Positions 10,599 to 22,800 of a DNA stretch of 57,119 nt are shown here, one piece after another. Source of the DNA: an uncultured Aquiluna sp. (GTDB taxonomy: Bacteria; Actinomycetota; Actinomycetes; Actinomycetales; Microbacteriaceae); the NCBI GenBank assembly GCA_964553455.1, contig CAZKLA010000002.1:1-57119 (forward strand). Reading direction: 5' to 3'. Both the position numbers and the translations under genes were made by a program. Each line of letters opens with the position of its first letter. Position 1 is the stretch's first letter. Below the pieces are notes generated by a model, which was not told where the DNA came from, did not search any database, and was given only the letters and a program-made list of their open reading frames with translations.

Positions 10599-10630
10599 AC
10601 CCCCGTCAGGCTTGACCTGCGGGGGCTTTC
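10599..10630 (+). terminator. Hairpin terminator after major tail gene
   Basis: CCCCCGTCAGG-CTTGA-CCTGCGGGGG followed by CTTTCT. Confidence 0.6.
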
Positions 10631-10669
10631 TCATGCTATAATTTATGCACCAAGACAAGGAAGGTAATA

Positions 10670-11005
10670 ATGGCTACAACAGTTTATGAAACAGCAGAGA
10701 TTGAACTTATGGATGGCACAAAGATTAAGATGCGTCCACTAAAGATTTCTCTTCTTCGTGATTTTATGAAGAAGTTCGACACCATTGTTGATGTTGCAAG
10801 CAGCAACGTAGAATCAATGGATGTTCTCGTTGAATGTGCCATGATTGCTATGAAGCAGTATGGTCCAGAGTATGCAGAAGACAGAGAAAAGTTTGAGGAT
10901 GCTGCTGATATCAAGATGGTCTACAAGATCATTGAGGTCGCTTCTGGCATCAAGTTGGACTCTGAGGGAAACGAACTGACGGCGGGACAACTTGGCAAGA
11001 GTTAG
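10670..11005 (+). CDS. Tail assembly chaperone (G)
   Basis: Between tail tube and tape measure; slippery site near 3' end; TGCTATAAT at 10634-10642. Confidence 0.85.
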   Translation: MATTVYETAEIELMDGTKIKMRPLKISLLRDFMKKFDTIVDVASSNVESMDVLVECAMIAMKQYGPEYAEDREKFEDAADIKMVYKIIEVASGIKLDSEGNELTAGQLGKS

Positions 11006-11370
11006 ATCTCGCCACTCTTGAATCAGAAGTATTCTTAATTGGTAAATGGAAAGATTTTGAGGAGTTAGAGCAAAGTATTTCCATGCCAGAACTTCTTGCT
11101 ATTCTAGAGGCACACAGAGAAGAAAGACAGAGAGAGCATAGGTTCCTTGCAGCAATACAAGGAATCGATCTTGATAAGTCTTCTGGTGGCTCAAAGGGGC
11201 AAAAAGAATGGGAAGATCTTAAGTCAAGAGTATTTAGTGGTGGTCAGGCCACCGACTCAAATGATATTCTTTCTCTTCAAGGGCAAAACGCTACAAAGGC
11301 TGGATTTGGTATAGGCAACGGAATAGAATATACTAATGCCAAAGACCTTGAAAATCCTTCATGGACATAG
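10966..11370 (+). CDS. Tail assembly chaperone frameshift extension (GT, -1 frame)
   Basis: G GGA AAC at 10966-10972; the -1 frame stays open into ORF 11083..11370. Confidence 0.85.
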   Translation, partial: GKRTDGGTTWQELDLATLESEVFLIGKWKDFEELEQSISMPELLAILEAHREERQREHRFLAAIQGIDLDKSSGGSKGQKEWEDLKSRVFSGGQATDSNDILSLQGQNATKAGFGIGNGIEYTNAKDLENPSWT

Positions 11371-11403
11371 GTTCGAATGATATAATGTATTTGGTGATAC
11401 TTC

Positions 11404-14400
11404 ATGGCAGACGTTAATGCAAATATTAATATTGACATTAATTCGTCTGATGCCCTTTCTTCATTAAGGAGACTTGAAGGGCAAATCAATTCTTTTCAAA
11501 GATCTGTTGCTGCAAGCAATGCAGCGGCTGCTGCACAACAAAATGCAATAAATAGGGCACTATTTGATGGCATAAATGCTACAGGGCTATTTACTGCAAA
11601 GCAAGTTTCTGCTATAGATTCTGCATCAAGATTTACTAATGCCCTTGAAAAGAACAAACTTAGCCTAGCAGAATATACAAGATATGCTTCATCACAACTT
11701 CCTGGCCTAAGTCGCGTATTCCGCAGGGAATTCGAAACAATGGAAAGAGTTGCTACTGATAGAGTAAAGGCAATTAACAGCCAGTATATTGCAATGGGCA
11801 AAACTGTTGACGGAGTAACCAAAGCAATAAGATCAACACCAACAGGCTTAGCAAGTGGGTATGCAACAGAAGTAGCCTTGGCCGCACAAAGGCAGCAAAT
11901 GTTTAATAAGTTGATTGATGATGGATCAACTAAACTACTAAACTGGGGAAAGAATACACAGTGGGCTGGTCGTCAGTTGATGGTTGGACTAAGCCTACCA
12001 ATGGCAGCCTTCGGTGCTGCCGCTGCCGCTGCCTTTATGGAACTTGACAAAGCAACGGTCCAGTTGAGAAGAGTTTACGGAGATCTTGATACTACAACAG
12101 CAGAAGTTAACGCTAATGCTGAGGCCATTAAAAATTTGGGTGCAGAATACACCAAGTATGGTATTGCTGTTGCTGATACCATATCCTTGGGCGCTCGCGC
12201 AGCCGCAACTGGTGCGACAAACGAAACCCTCTTGGCTGCAACAGAACAAACCCTAAGATTCGCAACCTTGGGACAGATTGACTATAATCAAGCACTTGAT
12301 ACAACAATCTCACTTCAAACAGCGTTTGGAGTTTCTAACGATGATTTGGCAAGCAAGATTGATTTTCTTAACGCAGTTGAAAACCAAACCATCTTGACAA
12401 TTGAAGATATGTCTCTTGCAATTCCTCGCGTTGCTACCGTTGTCAGAGGATTGGGTGGAGATGTAGAGGACTTGGCTATCATGATGACAGCCATGCGTGA
12501 GGGAGGAGTTAGCGCTGAAAACGCTGCTAACGGACTCAAGTCAGGTCTTGCTTCCATGATTAATCCAACAAATAGAGCAACAGAAATGCTTGACAAAATG
12601 GGGATTAATTTAAAGGGAATTGTCAGGGAGTACGAGGGAGATCTTATCGGCACAATCAGGGCATTCGGCCTTGAACTTGATAAGTTAAGCGATATGGATC
12701 GCCAACGAGCATTGGAAAAGACGTTTGGAAAGTACCAGTATGCAAGAATGTCGGCCCTATTTGACAACATAATTTCAAAATCTGGTCAGGCGGCTAGAGC
12801 AATGGATCTAGCATCCTATTCAATGGAAGATCTTGCATCAATTGCTGAAAAGGAACTTGGAACCATATCAGAGTCAACAACCGTTAAGTTCCAAGCATCT
12901 CTTGAGCAATTAAAGTTGGCTATCGCCCCACTTGGAGAAGCATTCCTTAAAGTAGCAACGCCAGCAATTGAAATGATCACAAAGATTGCTAACGCATTCA
13001 ATGATCTTCCAGATTCAATTAAGAATGCAATAGGTGTAGCCACCATAGCAATTGCAGGAATTGGCCCAGTTCTCCTAATGGGAATAGGTTTGATGGGCAA
13101 CCTTATAGCAAACATTATCAAGGGTATTCAGTGGTGGAGAAAGTTAGGCGCTCGCGTTAGTGGAAATGCATCAGCATTTGAATACATGACAAAAGCAGAA
13201 CTTGATGCGTTGGCTGCTAGCGAGGCACTTGAAGCAAGCGCAACTGGACTAACTGGAAGACTTAACATGCAGGCTGGCGCTGTCAGAGCATTGACAGCAG
13301 AATATCAAAGATTTGCTTCTGTTGCTGGGGTTGCTGGCGCAACAATGGGCAACATTGGCGGCAGGGGGCCAAGAGGTGGAAGAGCACCGCTAAAGATGGC
13401 TCGCGGAGGTGTGGTACCTGGAAGTGGGTCTGGAGACAAGATCCCAGCACTCCTTGAGCCAGGAGAGACAGTTGTAACAAAGAGTGCTAGCAAGCAATAT
13501 GCTCCAATTATTGCAGCAATGAATGCTGGAACATTGCAGGGATTTCAACAAGGCCTTGATCCACAGTCTGCAAGAGAGTCATTGGTTTTTGCTCACGCAC
13601 AAGCCCCATCAGATCTAGCAAACGACATTGTTGAAAAAATTAAGAAGGAAGCACCAGGAAGCAAGTATCTACAGCAAGCAACAAGAATGCAAGGCTTGAG
13701 TAACTTTGGGGTTGTTGCACCTGAAAGATTCAATCGTGGTCAAATGAGTGGAACTCAGGCAGCAAAACTCTTCCAAGATCCTGCAATTGTTGATAGGACA
13801 ATGTATCCAATGTATGAAGCAATTGCTCGTAGCATGGGTGCAAAAACTCCAGCACAAGTAAAGCAAATCATGGGTGATCCAGCAATACAAAAGGATGTTC
13901 GATCATTTGCTGACAACATTGGTAGAGGTCTTGCACAAGCAGGAGCAAAGAATATCGGTGATGCTCAATTTTATAGCGTTGTTGAAGAGTCTTTGTCTAA
14001 AACAGATATGTCAGCAGCATCTAGAGAGGCTATTCAAAGGTCAAGAAACGTTACTACTGTTGCTGCCTACGGTGGTGGAATTAGAGAAAAGGGCGAAAGA
14101 GTAGCACTTGGAACCGCAAGACAAGAAAAGATTTTTGGTGCATCTGGAGGAGTTTCTTATAAATCAACATCTATGATTAAAAAGGCTGGACTAGTTCTTG
14201 GAGCAAGATTTGGAGAGGCTGTACGCTCCTCATTGAAAATTAAGTCTCCTTCAGAAGATGCCAAGCAGGTTGTAAAAGAATATGTTGATGGAATGGAAGT
14301 CGGAGCACAGCAAAATGCCAAGGATGCAGCAAAGGCTGGAACACAAACTGGTCAAGCATATTCTGGAGCAGTTAAGCAAAGCGTAAGTGCTACCTCTGCT

Positions 14401-17400
14401 CAACAGATGACTAGGCAACAATACGTTACACAGCAGTCTGCTGTTCGTCGCAATGCTTACAATGTTTCTCGCATGGAAGAGGCAGGAATGTCTCAGGTTC
14501 AAATTTCTAGAACACAAAGAAGACTTGAAGAATCAAAGAGAAGGCAAGAGGCAGCAGCCGTTGCAGCAGAAAGAAGAGCACAGTCTGCCAGAATAAGAGA
14601 AGAAGAGTCTAGAAGAAGGCAGGAGCAAGAGGCTGCCGACAGAAGAATGCAGAGAGATGAAAGACGAGCATCAAGGGGATCAAGAATTAGGAGGGGTATT
14701 GGTCGCGCTGGTGGCGCAGTTGGAGCACTATCCTTAGTACCCTTTATGGCACAAGATGAACAGGGTAAGTTCATGGGCATGGATGCAAACATGCTTGGCA
14801 TGGGAATGATGGCTGCACCAATGATTGGCCCTGCAATGAAGGGCGTCGCTACAGGTGCTACTGCTCTTGCAGGGGCAATGGGGGTTAGTGTTGCAGCCGT
14901 CGCTGCTCCCGCTGCCGCACTAGCAGCAGTTGCTGTTACAGCATATGCACTCAAGAAGGGGCTTGACAATACTATAGAGGCTGGTAGACAATTTGCAGAT
15001 GCAATGACAACCTCTGCTGAAGAACAAAAGAAATTAGCAGACCTCTTTGGAACTCAAACATACGCAGAAAAAAGAAGAATAAAAGAAGTTGAGAAACTAA
15101 CTGGACTTACTTCAGAGCAACAGAAGCAAGGCAAAGAGTTTCTTGCAACCGAACAAGGTCAAGCAATGGCTGGAGAGGCCAGAACCCTACTTGAAAGAGG
15201 TGGAGGGGCCATGTTCTCCAGAAACATGGCAACTCAATTAAGCCAGCAGGTTTTGAGTGGGGCAATTGATGTAAGCCAAGCAAAGGCAATTGCTACGGGA
15301 ATTGCTGATGAACTTGGAAGAGCAGACCTTGTAGCACCAATTACTGGTGAAATAAATAGAATTCTTGCACCAAATGGGGATGAAATTGGTGCAAAGCCAA
15401 TGCAAATTCAGGCTGCCATTCAGGGTAACTTGGAACAAGATGAGGCAGAACTTGAAAGACAGATGAAGAATCTTACAAAGACTGCTGAAGGTGCCTTTAT
15501 GGGGCAGGGTGGGTCCGTAGCAAAACTTTGGTCTGGAGATTGGGATGCAGCAACAGCAGCAAGCGTTGCATACTACAACACCCTTGTTTCAAATAGTGCA
15601 TCAATGTACTCAACATACTTGGATCAAAGAGGCTTAATTAAGGATCAGATTGAAGACCTTAAGGAGCAAATTAAGCAAGAAGATGACAAGGCAAAGAAAA
15701 TTGAATTGCAGAATCAATTGCTTGCTGCACAAAATGAATTAAGAGGAATTGACGAACAAGGCGAAAATCTTGCTGCAAGAAAGCAGGCAGAGATGAATGC
15801 CCTGCGTGGTAGCGATGAAGCCCAGCACTCCGCTCGCTTGGCTATTGAAGAAATGGGTGTTGTGGATACAGGCGCTCTTATGCATCAAATGGCTATGGCA
15901 AGAGAGCGCGAACTTGGAAGATTTATGACAGAAGGAGAAAGAGAAGAGTTTGAAATCTCTTTCATGGTAGATCTTCAAACAGGAAGAATTGACCCTGTAG
16001 CATTGCAGACTTTGCAAACTGCAAACGAAAGGTTGCACGGAGATGCTGAAAACATTATTGACACAGTAGTAGATCTTCAGGCAAGAGGAGATTTTGAAAC
16101 AGCAAATCAAATACTTCAACTCACATCAATGATGCCCGATGAAGTTCTTACTGTTTTCAACAATCAAATTGATGGCATGGATGAAGAGCAGGTTAAGGCT
16201 TATGCAGATGTTATGTCAATGATTCCAGCAGAAGTTGCAACAACAATCGGTGTTGAGTTGGCTGGTCTAAGCGCAGACGATCTTAAAACATTTAAAGAAG
16301 ACTTGGCATCTTTACAAGATCTTGGCATTGATACTGCACAGTTGATTGATGAGGGAGGGGTTAAGTCAATAAATGATGCTGCCAAAGGCCTTGAAGATAT
16401 GGAGAAGCAACTATCAAGCAAAAAGATTCAAAAGGGTCTTAAGGAAATCGGCTCTATAGATAGCAAAAATGTTAAAGGAAAACTTACAAAGCAAATTGAG
16501 GTTGTTACAGAATTAACAGATAAAGATGGCAAAAAGATTACTCCAAAGCAAGCGCAGGAGGCCCAGCAGGCATTAATTAATAGCCCAGAACTATCACAGC
16601 AAACAATCTCACAACTTCCCCCAGATGTTGCAGTAAAAGTTATTGCAATGCAAGTTAATGCAGAGCAATATAAGCAAATGGCTATTGCAGATAGAATTGC
16701 AGCCCAAGCGTTTAAAACAGCAGAGATGCCAGAAGAGGCTGCTAAAGCCACTGCCAGAGCAGATGCTTTTAATGCAGTATATCAAGCCTATAAGTCTGCT
16801 GCGATAATTGGTGCAACAAGCGGTGGAGCGTCTATGGGAATGGGCGGCGGAGGAACAACATCTGGTGCTCCACCAGTGAAGGAAAAGCCTGCTGGTGGTG
16901 GCGGTGGTGCAGAAAAGAAAGATCCATTTAAAGATCTAAAGTCATCTATTGAGGCCCAACTAAAGTCAACCATAGATGTAAAGGCTAATATAAATAAGTT
17001 GATTAAGGGCAAGTTAGATGTATTCAAACTTTTGTCAAAAAATAATGGAATAGACGACAAGATTCGCAAACTTGGACTAGAAGGAACATCACTAGGAGAT
17101 CAGATCGCTGGACTTGATCCCAAGGATGCAGAAAAGATTATCAGGCAAATCAGCGATAGAAGTGGAAGACTTAATCAAACTGGAAGGAATTTACAAACCG
17201 CTCAACTTGCAGTAGACTTAGACAAGTCTAGAACTGAATATGGGGAAAGAGCAGTTTCTGCACAAGCGCAGAGATCAGCACGAATGACCTTGCAAACAGG
17301 AAGATTTGGAAGAGCAACTACAGGAACGATGGCTGAAATTGCTGGAGATCCAACCAGAGCAAAACTTTATAACGATCTTGTTTCTGAGGCACAAAGAAAA

Positions 17401-19239
17401 GAGCAGGCATGGATAAATGCTGGTAGCAAGAATAGAAAGAAAGCACAAAGTGAATGGATTGCTGCTAGAGATGCTGTAAGGTCATATGTAGGGGAAGTAG
17501 AAAGAGCAACAAGAGAAGATACAGTAGAACTAGTTCTCTCTGGGTTTGATCAAAGACAATTAGAGCAATCAAATAAGGATGTTGCCAAATCAATCTTGCA
17601 GCAAAGTGGCCTATCTGAAGAACAGATTGAATCAGCACTAGATGAGCAGGACTTTGTTACTGCTCTTGCTGATACAGAAAAAGAAATTAATTCAATAATA
17701 AGCCAAATATCAAATGCAAGAGGAAAGAAGAGAAAAGAACTTCAGTCAAGACTAGAAAGAGAAAGACAAACAAAGCAAACCTTGATTGATGAGTTTAAGG
17801 TAACTTTTGAGGCAGAAGTTGAAGTAGACAAGGATAAGGCTGCTAATGATGCTCAAGAAGCATGGGATAAGTATTCTGACTTGGTTAATGATGCATTTGA
17901 TAAAGAAGAAAGAAGAATAAAGACTCAGTATTCAGTAGAATTCCAAGAGCAAAATGGCATGACTGTAGAAGCCATGGAGCGTCAGGTTGTTCTTAATAAC
18001 AGGCTTATTAGACAAGAGCAGGAAAAGGTTGATGCCAAGCAAGAACAAATCAATGATTATCAAAGAGAAAATGATCTAGTTCAGCAAGCCATCTCTGACA
18101 TGCAACGTCAGAATGAACTTCGCCAACGTGTTGCAGACACATATTCTCGTGATCTAGAAATCATGAGTATGCAGGAAGCAAAGATAACTGAAACATTTGA
18201 CAACAGAATTTCTGCACTTGACAAGGTAACTCAACTAAATGATCAAATAATAAGTCAGCAAAAGTCCCAACTTGGATTGTCTCAGGCATTAACTTCAGGA
18301 GATGTTTATGCAGCCGCTGCTGCGGCTCAAGAGATTCAGGCCCAAAATGTTCAGTTTGCCACTGAAAGACAGCGTGAAGCACTAGAGATATCAAAGCAAA
18401 ACCAAATAGATGCTTTGACAAATGCTCAGGGAATGACAAAGAAGCAAATTGAGGAAGAAATAAATTCCATTAAAGAACAAAATTACCAAAACAGTCTTCT
18501 TATTCAGATCAAAGAAGATGAGATTTACCAAAGATCTCTTCTCATTCGTGACCTTACAAATCAAATTTACGAAATAAATGAAAATAATATTGAGCCATTA
18601 AAGAATGCAAACCTTGCTATGCAAGAAAAACTAGACATGCATAAGCAAGAACTTGACTACGCAATTTCTAACCTAACCGCCGCTGGCCTAACAAAGAAAG
18701 AGTGGGCAGATGCTCAAGAGAATGCAAAGGGTGTAATACAAAGTCTTAGAGATGGAGAGACAACATTAGAGAAGGCAAGGGCTGACTGGGCAGCGATTGC
18801 TGCTTCTGCTGCGGCTGCTGCGGCAGATGCTGCCAAGATAGGAACAGGAAAGACGACTAAGAAGTTCGCAGGAGGATTTATATCAAGATATGCCTCAGGA
18901 GCGATGGTTAGCGGGGATGGCTCAAGAGACTCTGTAAATGCATTGCTAACTCCAGGAGAGTTCGTAATAAGAAAATCAATGGTAGACAAGTATGGTCAAA
19001 CAATGTTTGAAAAGATTAATCAGGGATCTTTTGATCTACCAAGATACTCTATTGAGGGAACTCCAAATGTAAAGCCAATGAGTGTTTCCACAGTGACTGC
19101 TCCAGTGTATAATAATAACTACAGCATTAACGTGCCTGTCAATCAGCCAAACGCTAGTGCAGACGAAATTGCTTACAAGGTCATGAACAAGATTAAAGGC
19201 ATAGATAGCGCAAGTATAAGGAGAGTAAATGGATATTAA
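11404..19239 (+). CDS. Tape measure protein
   Basis: 2611 aa, Ala-rich helical, TP901-like core, two GG.V.G.G..D.(I/V).ALL.PGE.V motifs; TGATATAAT at 11378-11386. Confidence 0.95.
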   Translation: MADVNANINIDINSSDALSSLRRLEGQINSFQRSVAASNAAAAAQQNAINRALFDGINATGLFTAKQVSAIDSASRFTNALEKNKLSLAEYTRYASSQLPGLSRVFRREFETMERVATDRVKAINSQYIAMGKTVDGVTKAIRSTPTGLASGYATEVALAAQRQQMFNKLIDDGSTKLLNWGKNTQWAGRQLMVGLSLPMAAFGAAAAAAFMELDKATVQLRRVYGDLDTTTAEVNANAEAIKNLGAEYTKYGIAVADTISLGARAAATGATNETLLAATEQTLRFATLGQIDYNQALDTTISLQTAFGVSNDDLASKIDFLNAVENQTILTIEDMSLAIPRVATVVRGLGGDVEDLAIMMTAMREGGVSAENAANGLKSGLASMINPTNRATEMLDKMGINLKGIVREYEGDLIGTIRAFGLELDKLSDMDRQRALEKTFGKYQYARMSALFDNIISKSGQAARAMDLASYSMEDLASIAEKELGTISESTTVKFQASLEQLKLAIAPLGEAFLKVATPAIEMITKIANAFNDLPDSIKNAIGVATIAIAGIGPVLLMGIGLMGNLIANIIKGIQWWRKLGARVSGNASAFEYMTKAELDALAASEALEASATGLTGRLNMQAGAVRALTAEYQRFASVAGVAGATMGNIGGRGPRGGRAPLKMARGGVVPGSGSGDKIPALLEPGETVVTKSASKQYAPIIAAMNAGTLQGFQQGLDPQSARESLVFAHAQAPSDLANDIVEKIKKEAPGSKYLQQATRMQGLSNFGVVAPERFNRGQMSGTQAAKLFQDPAIVDRTMYPMYEAIARSMGAKTPAQVKQIMGDPAIQKDVRSFADNIGRGLAQAGAKNIGDAQFYSVVEESLSKTDMSAASREAIQRSRNVTTVAAYGGGIREKGERVALGTARQEKIFGASGGVSYKSTSMIKKAGLVLGARFGEAVRSSLKIKSPSEDAKQVVKEYVDGMEVGAQQNAKDAAKAGTQTGQAYSGAVKQSVSATSAQQMTRQQYVTQQSAVRRNAYNVSRMEEAGMSQVQISRTQRRLEESKRRQEAAAVAAERRAQSARIREEESRRRQEQEAADRRMQRDERRASRGSRIRRGIGRAGGAVGALSLVPFMAQDEQGKFMGMDANMLGMGMMAAPMIGPAMKGVATGATALAGAMGVSVAAVAAPAAALAAVAVTAYALKKGLDNTIEAGRQFADAMTTSAEEQKKLADLFGTQTYAEKRRIKEVEKLTGLTSEQQKQGKEFLATEQGQAMAGEARTLLERGGGAMFSRNMATQLSQQVLSGAIDVSQAKAIATGIADELGRADLVAPITGEINRILAPNGDEIGAKPMQIQAAIQGNLEQDEAELERQMKNLTKTAEGAFMGQGGSVAKLWSGDWDAATAASVAYYNTLVSNSASMYSTYLDQRGLIKDQIEDLKEQIKQEDDKAKKIELQNQLLAAQNELRGIDEQGENLAARKQAEMNALRGSDEAQHSARLAIEEMGVVDTGALMHQMAMARERELGRFMTEGEREEFEISFMVDLQTGRIDPVALQTLQTANERLHGDAENIIDTVVDLQARGDFETANQILQLTSMMPDEVLTVFNNQIDGMDEEQVKAYADVMSMIPAEVATTIGVELAGLSADDLKTFKEDLASLQDLGIDTAQLIDEGGVKSINDAAKGLEDMEKQLSSKKIQKGLKEIGSIDSKNVKGKLTKQIEVVTELTDKDGKKITPKQAQEAQQALINSPELSQQTISQLPPDVAVKVIAMQVNAEQYKQMAIADRIAAQAFKTAEMPEEAAKATARADAFNAVYQAYKSAAIIGATSGGASMGMGGGGTTSGAPPVKEKPAGGGGGAEKKDPFKDLKSSIEAQLKSTIDVKANINKLIKGKLDVFKLLSKNNGIDDKIRKLGLEGTSLGDQIAGLDPKDAEKIIRQISDRSGRLNQTGRNLQTAQLAVDLDKSRTEYGERAVSAQAQRSARMTLQTGRFGRATTGTMAEIAGDPTRAKLYNDLVSEAQRKEQAWINAGSKNRKKAQSEWIAARDAVRSYVGEVERATREDTVELVLSGFDQRQLEQSNKDVAKSILQQSGLSEEQIESALDEQDFVTALADTEKEINSIISQISNARGKKRKELQSRLERERQTKQTLIDEFKVTFEAEVEVDKDKAANDAQEAWDKYSDLVNDAFDKEERRIKTQYSVEFQEQNGMTVEAMERQVVLNNRLIRQEQEKVDAKQEQINDYQRENDLVQQAISDMQRQNELRQRVADTYSRDLEIMSMQEAKITETFDNRISALDKVTQLNDQIISQQKSQLGLSQALTSGDVYAAAAAAQEIQAQNVQFATERQREALEISKQNQIDALTNAQGMTKKQIEEEINSIKEQNYQNSLLIQIKEDEIYQRSLLIRDLTNQIYEINENNIEPLKNANLAMQEKLDMHKQELDYAISNLTAAGLTKKEWADAQENAKGVIQSLRDGETTLEKARADWAAIAASAAAAAADAAKIGTGKTTKKFAGGFISRYASGAMVSGDGSRDSVNALLTPGEFVIRKSMVDKYGQTMFEKINQGSFDLPRYSIEGTPNVKPMSVSTVTAPVYNNNYSINVPVNQPNASADEIAYKVMNKIKGIDSASIRRVNGY

Positions 19240-19864
19240 CCCAAGCAATCCTTCTGCGACCTCTTCATATATTGCAGGAAGAAAAAGATACGCCAGACCT
19301 CAAGCAATGATTTGGGCCAATAATTTTGGAACCATATCAGAAGGAATAAGAAGACCGATAGGAAACGAAAAGGAAGACTTTCTTATTCTGTCTGATCACA
19401 ATCGTGGAGAAATAAACATCGCCCAACAAAGAATAGAAACAAGGCAAAGAATGATTAATGCAACCATGAGGTCATATCATGTTGCAGATAAGATTAGTGT
19501 TTCTTGCAGTTGGAATAGAATTCCATCAAGATCATATTCTAGAAACGTAAACTTTAGTACCTCTGGAGCAGCAACACTATCTGGAGCAACTGAATACACT
19601 GTGGACGGTGGCGCAGGAGGCGTTGAGTTGCTTGACTGGTATGAAAACAATTCTGGTCCATTCTATGTATACCTTGCATATGATAAATACAATAACGATT
19701 CCTTTAGGGTGGCAGGAAGCGTAACAGATGAATCATTTAATTATCTGTCAATTTACAATGATGTAAGACTTATGTATTTTTCAAATTTTGATTATTCTAT
19801 TGAAAAAAGAGGCGGAACAAATTTTGATTTTTGGAACATCAATGTCTCCTTGGAAGAGGCATAA
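19229..19864 (+). CDS. Distal tail/minor tail protein (putative)
   Basis: Directly after tape measure; ends WNINVSLEEA, typical of Dit-like proteins. Confidence 0.6.
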   Translation: MDINPSNPSATSSYIAGRKRYARPQAMIWANNFGTISEGIRRPIGNEKEDFLILSDHNRGEINIAQQRIETRQRMINATMRSYHVADKISVSCSWNRIPSRSYSRNVNFSTSGAATLSGATEYTVDGGAGGVELLDWYENNSGPFYVYLAYDKYNNDSFRVAGSVTDESFNYLSIYNDVRLMYFSNFDYSIEKRGGTNFDFWNINVSLEEA

Positions 19865-22800
19865 TGTTTAATTCCAACGAACTTAGCAATCACTTAAAGT
19901 ATTCGCACACAATAAAAGCAAATCAAGCAGTGTGGCTAGAAATTAATATGAATCAATCTTACAACATTAATAAGGTTGGGAATTATAGATATAGGCCTGG
20001 ATCTTCTGATCCGCAATACGGTATCATCAAGCCAATTTACGAGGAAGTAGATTCTGGAAACAACTATACTGGTGCTACAGATTCAGACACAATAATTAAT
20101 GCTGGTTTTGATGACAACGACAATCCAGCATTTTATATCGCTCCCAAGAAAAAGATAAATCTTCTATATTCTTTAGATGATTGCTTTAAGCAGAATAGAC
20201 CAAGATCTGGAATAAATAAGTTGCTCTACCTTGGAGTTGCTGGATCTCCAGAAAGTGGCTTCAGTCAATATATTGATAGTTTGACTACAAGAGGTCAAAG
20301 CGAAGACCCATCTTATCTTGCTACTGTTAATATTGCTAGAAGACCAAGATACTACATGGCATCACGATACGATGATTTTAAATACTGGACTTCATACAGA
20401 ACAGAAGTTGTTGATAATGTAACAAACGAATATGGAGTTTCTATATATGAAAACTCTGGTCAGTATTACATTTATGATGCTGCACCATTTGTTGTGTATA
20501 ACGAAAAAGTTCCTGCAAACAGGATAGTATTAAAGATGCAAACAAATGTGGGAGATTTAAACAATGGACCATTTAGAATCGGGGCAAGCGTCAATGTTTC
20601 CGATCCTCTTTACGGAGAGCAGAATAAGACAACTCCAAAAAGATGGGCAGTTCAAAAACTAAATGAAAATAATGAATGGACAGAATTAATATCATTCACT
20701 GAGTCTTCTGTCAGATCAGATGGATCTTCCATTATTGGACCAGACGGATATGTTGAGTTGGAGTATGGACTTTCCGTTCCCGTAGAATATGAAGATACCT
20801 TTGTTTTTGTGGGAGAAATACTATCTACTGAATTTCTTCCAGACTTAGCGCCACTTGGGTATGCCTATCTATACAAAGAATTAGAGACTGACAAGGGAGT
20901 TCTTTACATAAGTGACGGGGGCAACTGGCAAACATTCGATGCCGTTTATGGATGGTCGTTGGGTGGAACAGATATAACTAGAAACACGAAGGTCGTCCAC
21001 AAACTTTCCAATCCAGACTTTTATCAAGATGGTAGCAATACCGTGTTCAGGGAATTTGATTTTCTTAATGGTTTAAGAATTGTTGTTGACACAATGAATA
21101 AGCCAAACTGTACTTTCGATCTTATAGAAATGTCTCCTAGAATTGTCGCAGATATCACAGACAAAGTTGTTACTTTTTCAATTACAAAGACACTGGCAGA
21201 CTTGGGAAATAACTCAATGCCTACTGGAGCACTTCTTGCATCAACAGGGAATATTGAAATATTTGACGAGGATCTTTCTTTTAATGAAAATAATACCTTT
21301 GATGATGAAACAAATGTTGGCAGTATAGTAAGCCAATATGTAAATTCAAGAGCAAAGTTTATGTTTTACGATATAGTTAAAAATGTTGGGGGAAACGATT
21401 ATTATATTCCAATTAAAACACTATATTCAGAAACATTCCCACAGGTAAGCAGCGTCGCAGCCAGCCTCTCTATGCAGTTAAGAGACATGTTCTTCTATTT
21501 AGAATCAAAGAAATCTCCAGAACTTCTACTCACAAACGTTTCACTTAGTTATGCAATGACAGTTCTTCTTGACAATATTGGATTCAGCAATTATGTGTTC
21601 AAAAGAACTGAGGAAGATGAAGAACTTATAATTCCATACTTCTTTGTTGGACCAGATCAGAATATGGCAGAAACATTGCAGCAACTTGCCATATCATCTC
21701 AAAGCGCCATATTCTTTGACGAATACAATAATCTTGTTGTTATGTCTAAGAATTATATTCTTCCATCAACGGAGGCTAGACCAACAGACTTGGTTCTTTA
21801 CGGTCAAGAGCAGCCTGAGGATGACGGTATTGCCTTACCCAACATCATAGATATTTCATCACAAGAAAAGAAAGTTTATAATGGTGGAGAAATTAATTAC
21901 ACCACCAGATATATTCAAAGATCATTGGGATCAATAAATCAAGCGCCATATATAGATGAATATAAAACATATGTGTATAAGCCAGTTCTTCTGTGGGAGG
22001 TCGCTGGTCAAGAAGCAACTAAGACGATAAATGAATCAGCAGCGCAAGCATCTGGCTACTCCTTGGCAGCCATGCCTCTAAAAACTGATTTATCTTCAGA
22101 TGTTCCAGCATATGTTGATGGAGAAATTATAAACAATGTTATAGATTTTGGTGAAAACATATATTGGCTAGGCAATTATGCAGGTTACTTTTATGCTAAT
22201 GGAGAAATAATTAAGTATGATGCAGTAGAGTATTCTGTAGCGGGGGTAGGAACTGTATGGGTTAAAAATAATCAAGAGTACCAGAATTACTTTAGTAGAT
22301 TGAAGTTTAATGGAAAAATGTATCCAACAGGAAGAGTAAGAATATATACAAATCTTCAAGGAACATCCATAAAAGAGCACGGTCGTGCTCAATTCGGAAC
22401 AGAAATAACTTCACATCCTGCTGGATTAGAGGGGTCAACATGGACTCAAGACTCTAATGTTAGAGGATGTATTCAAAACGCAAAAGAATATTTGTTTAAC
22501 ACCAACAAAAATCTATCATATCCAATCAACTTGGGAATAGCAGAGGCTGGAAATACAAAGAGTATAAACGGAAACATTTATACTTCTCAGTCATATGCAA
22601 TAAAGTCATCAAGAAATGGTGTAATCAAAAACTTTATGGCAAACACAAACATAACTGAATCAGAAACAAATTACTACAAAACTGCTAGATCTGGCTCAGT
22701 TCAAACATCTGCTTTAGTTTTTAACGGACCATCATTGCCAGATGACATTAATCCATCAGAATTCGTTACATATTCATACAAGCCACTTGATAAGCCATAC

